Assembly: GCF_021028975.2 (NCBI RefSeq)
Contig: NC_059426.1
Coordinates: 43,524,001 to 43,588,000 of the forward strand
Source: Sphaerodactylus townsendi
Lineage: Eukaryota
Direction of reading: 5' to 3'
Length of the DNA stretch: 64,000 nt
Shown here in pieces: positions 59,877 to 64,000 of this stretch. The position numbers and the translations under genes are program-made. How positions within the stretch are numbered: position 1 is the stretch's first letter; each line of letters opens with the position of its first letter. Below the pieces are notes generated by a model. That model ran no database searches, was not told the DNA's origin, and was given only the letters and a program-made list of their open reading frames with translations.

Positions 59877-62800
59877 CCCTACTTTGTTTAAAAGAGAGGA
59901 GGAGGAACACTTGCCATTCATAAATGCTTCTTCCTCAGCAGTTCTGAGGTACTCCTGAAGACCTTAACTATTTGTTCCTTTCCTAACCTCACTCGACCAA
60001 GCCCAGACAAAAAGGGAAATAATTCAACCTACATTACTGAATGATTGAGCCCTTTTTGGTTTCCCTTTTTAATTTTCAATGTTTTTTAATCTGTTTATTC
60101 ATATGCTATTAGTATTTTAAAAATTGCTCATTATTATCACACAAATTCTTTTTGTGTATCAGGATCCATTCTGATTGGAAGTATTCAGGTCTTTATTTAC
60201 CATGTGCTTCATAAAACCAGTTAAGTTACGGACAAGGAGGCTTATACCAATGGAGCCTAATTATATCAGTGAAGTCCCGGTGGCTTTTTATTCCACTGTA
60301 CATGGGCCTACAATATTAATCAGAATTAAGCCTATAATATTAATCAGAATTTGGAATTAACACCCTAATTAGAAGTGAAAACAAATATGTCTTAGTAGAG
60401 TTCAAATATATCAAACATGTAATGCAGTATCTACAAGCTGAAATCTATACACATTTAGCCCATTTTACTCTCCCATCTTTTACTGCCCTCTATCCATTTC
60501 TGCTGACAAATGCAAAGTGACACTTATAGGAAGAGTAGCTATTATGAGCGCTTGGTACTTAACTCAGTGACCTGGTATGGCATCAGTGACCTCAGCAACA
60601 TATGACTGCTTAGTTAGTGCAGTGTATCTTTCTGGTTCTCTGCATGCTCTGCTTTTAGCTGTTGCTTTCGCACACCTTACAGCCCCTGAAATTAAAATTA
60701 AACAATTTGCTAACCTGTCTAGCAGTGAGAAGCTGAAAAAAATCTCACCTCCTGCAGGCACCAGACAGTGTTTTATGCTGGCATGTATTTTTGGTGTGTA
60801 GAAACTAGAGTGATAGTGCTGAGCAGGCAGGATGTATTTACATGACTTTTTGAAGTTTGTACTTTTGGAAAAAGTCAATTGTAAATGTTGAGGCGCTTTG
60901 TCAAAAACATAGTCAGCATGTGCATGTTTATTCTCTGCATCTATACCCATGTTTTCAGAAGCCATAAGCTCAGAAGTAACTGAACCATCTAGTTGTTATA
61001 AAAGGACATATGGAACTGTTAAATAATCAGACACTTTCCAGTAACAAAGAGAGCAACTTCCTTTTTAAAGCTTGCCCTACAATTGAGCTAACAGTTATCT
61101 TCTGCCAACAGCTTTAAAAGCTGTCTTGCTAATTCATTTCTGTATGTTTAGGGTCAAAGGAGAAAAAAATCTATCTTGACCTGTGTAAAAGAAGGGTTTT
61201 TTTTATCTTTGTAAAAGCATACCAACTCCTGACACTTCCAGTTGCAAATGTGCCCTGCTAACTGGAAACATCTCACCACATTCTTATTTCTGAGCATGTT
61301 GGCTGGAGCCTAAGCCAGATGAAAGAGGAAGAATCAAGGGGAAAATGCCTGAGAGACCGTCTGGTAAAGAAAAAGGATCTTGCACAATTGAGATTGCTTC
61401 CTGTAGGATTTTTAAAAGTTTGTTTCACTGTTTTTTCATCATATGGAAGATGGCAGTGAATCACCTTGTATCGTCCCATGTTCATTTTAATTTGGTGTTA
61501 CCCTCCACAAGATCCCCTCATGTAAAGGGAAGAATGATAGAGAAGAATCTGGTCAAAATTAAGCATTTTCAATACCCACTGATGAAATAGTTCAGTATAT
61601 TTTTAGCTTTCTCTTCCTGTGATCAGTGGGATTTACAGCTAAATCCACATTGGGGGGGGGGGGGGGGGGAAAGGACTGTGGGAATGGCATCAGACACCCT
61701 GTCAGTGGAGAGGATAATGGTGCCAGTGGCCAGGCGCCCCAGAGATCTGCAGCAGTGAAACCTGGAAGTGGTTGCCACTGCGGAGCAACACTGCCATCCA
61801 AGCAGATGCTTATGTGTGTGTGTGGGGGGGGGAGCGGGGGGCTGGGGGGATAGAGCCAAGTGAAGTTGGCTTCCACTGGTTTCCAGCCTGGGAACACTGC
61901 CGTCAGAGCCCTCAGACTTACACTGCACTTTTCATGCAGCATAAGCCTGTTTGGACTATGGGGCAATTCAGGCTTCAGGAGGGTTACTCGATAACCCTCC
62001 TTTCTGCGTTGCCCAAGGCCTGTGGAGGCCTTTGTAGTTCAGTCCCTAGCCACCTCCATGTTTTCCCTCCACCTGGATTGCACTGTTAAAGGTGCTTCAT
62101 TTTGGTTTCTTGGACAGGATTGAGTGAAAAGTAGGAAGAATCCACCCTCTGTTCACAGCAATACGTTCAGTGTCTGAATGCAGTCAACTGCATATGCAAG
62201 TTTACTTGATCCAGTTATTTATACTAGACACAAAGTTTGTTAGGGCTGGCAAGTGGGAATTGCAGTTTTCTCCATTCTTCTACACTATCTGGCACACATT
62301 TTCCTGCTTCTGATGGACCAGATGGGTTGCTCAGATCTGAGAAATATTTGCCATTATTCAGAAAGCGTGTAATGAAGAAGTATAACACGCTCTACCCATT
62401 CCAGAACATGATTCTCAAACATACGATCACCTTTAACTTGGGTATTTATCTGACTTTTGGGTACTTATTTGTAAAATTATGAGTAGTGAAAAAATTATGA
62501 GTAGTGAAAAAACATTTCAGGGCAGCCACTATCCTTTTGTTAAAAGCTCAGTCACATTTTATGTTATTAAGAGTACTGATTATCTCTAGGATTTTTTAAA
62601 AAAATCTGTTCATAAGAATTAAGACAGCTCTTACTTGATGTAGTTCATATTTTCCCCTCTAATCATTTCAATTCAGAAGAAAAAATGGGGAAAAGACCCA
62701 GTCCTCACAAAATGTTTTTGAAAGGAACAGGAAACATGGCATATTGATCTGGAACTTAGTACTCTGGTGGTGAATCCATTTACTTGTCTGATAAATTACA

Positions 62801-64000
62801 CCGAATTCTATAGATCTCTGACTGTAGCCCAAGGACCTAGCTTATTTTAAGGAAGATATCAGTGATGGTTGGGGGAGGTGGGTTTGCTCTTTTTATGATT
62901 TATTATATTATTTTACTTTGTTAGAGCTTCATCTAGTGTGGCACCACAGTTGGGCGCTCAGATCTTGGATGGGACTACTCATTTCCTCCCATGATCTTGG
63001 AAATAGTAATTTCCCCTTAATTTGGACCCAAATCATTGTGCTGGGGGAGGATTTATCTCTCCCCCCCCCCCCAATGTCATATGCCCTGCCCAAATCTTCC
63101 CTTTGAACTGCTGTTTGCTGTGGTAGTGAAAAATAGAAATTACTACAATATACCTTCAGTTTGCTCTACTGTGGCTTAATAGTACTTCAGCGGACAGAAT
63201 TTCAATCAAGTAAATGGCATATAGGAAAAAGGATTAAATTGTCCTGTGACATGGCCCCAAACCAATTTTGAGAGCCATAGCTTCTCAGTAGAAGTTGTCA
63301 TTGATATCTCATATAATATCTTCTTGGACCTTGATGCTGAGATCTAGAAATCATCTTCTCTGTGTGAAAGAGCTATTTGTAGCTATTTTTTTTAATGCAG
63401 CTAACTCTTGCAGACTCTGGGGACTGTATTAGGAAAATCAAGCTCCAGTGAAAGGATCTTTTCCAAATGCTGAAGTCCATTCCACACATTATTCATGTAA
63501 CTTGCACATAGGATTGTGCATTCACACTTGAAACATCATTAAGAAGTACAACTTATTTTCTCAAGGACTCTTGATACAAGGCTAATATTTCACTTTAATA
63601 TGTACAAAATTACCAAACCTTCATTTGATTCCTAGTTCACCAATCAGGTTTTGAATACACAATAACTGACTTCTTCATTAGATACACTATATTATTCCGG
63701 TATACTACAACATTTATTTTTAAAATTCTGTTTAGTACCCTCCTTCTTTCTGTATAGCTCCTAAATGTTACAATGGATTTAGTGACTACCTTTGAATCAA
63801 TGCCACGTTATCCACATTGTCAAAGGGGGGAAGTGAGATTTTCATAATAACTGCAAGAAGATTTTTTCCATGGCCCCATGGCCCCAGGTATACTGAAAAG
63901 CATTTCTCTTGTAACCATTCTGTTTAGTTCTTTATTTGACAATTCATTCATTGAAAAAAGGATACCAGGAATGTGAAGACAACTTTGGACCAAATAGAAT

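Noticed and set aside
58051-62512. Short perfect tandem duplications (58051-58091, 62474-62512; also 25192-25225)
   Set aside because: Ordinary 16-20 bp slippage duplications with no further structure.

Overview
Vertebrate genomic DNA from a squamate reptile, probably a gecko judging by the SINE/MITE families. The only host gene supported is the 5' end of ACVR2A (activin receptor type 2A) on the minus strand: a CpG-island promoter at about 16.6-17.75 kb and the 55-bp first coding segment (MGAATKLVFAVFLISCSS/G, 15460-15514). Bases 1-15459 are the following intron; the next coding exon is not in the window. Bases ~18-64 kb are repeat-rich and non-coding, with candidate conserved enhancers. The intron holds a structurally near-complete DIRS1-type tyrosine-recombinase retrotransposon (4094-8851) with ITRs, an internal complementary region, gag, RT/RNase H/methyltransferase and YR, and a hAT element with an 8-bp TSD (9834-10852). 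Removing both insertions in silico reveals an older, decayed plus-strand coding relic (~3.5-11.45 kb) with Cys/His-finger, SWIM-like, Ulp1/SENP-like protease and PHD-like motifs. It resembles Zisupton/KDZ- or Ginger-type transposon proteins and is the most unusual signal here, but it rests on by-eye motif matching and needs an HMM search. Elsewhere there are L1/Tx1, L2, CR1, RTE-like and Penelope relics (some with hammerhead-ribozyme cores), tRNA- and 5S-derived SINEs, hAT, Harbinger and Tc1/mariner MITEs, and a 140-N gap.
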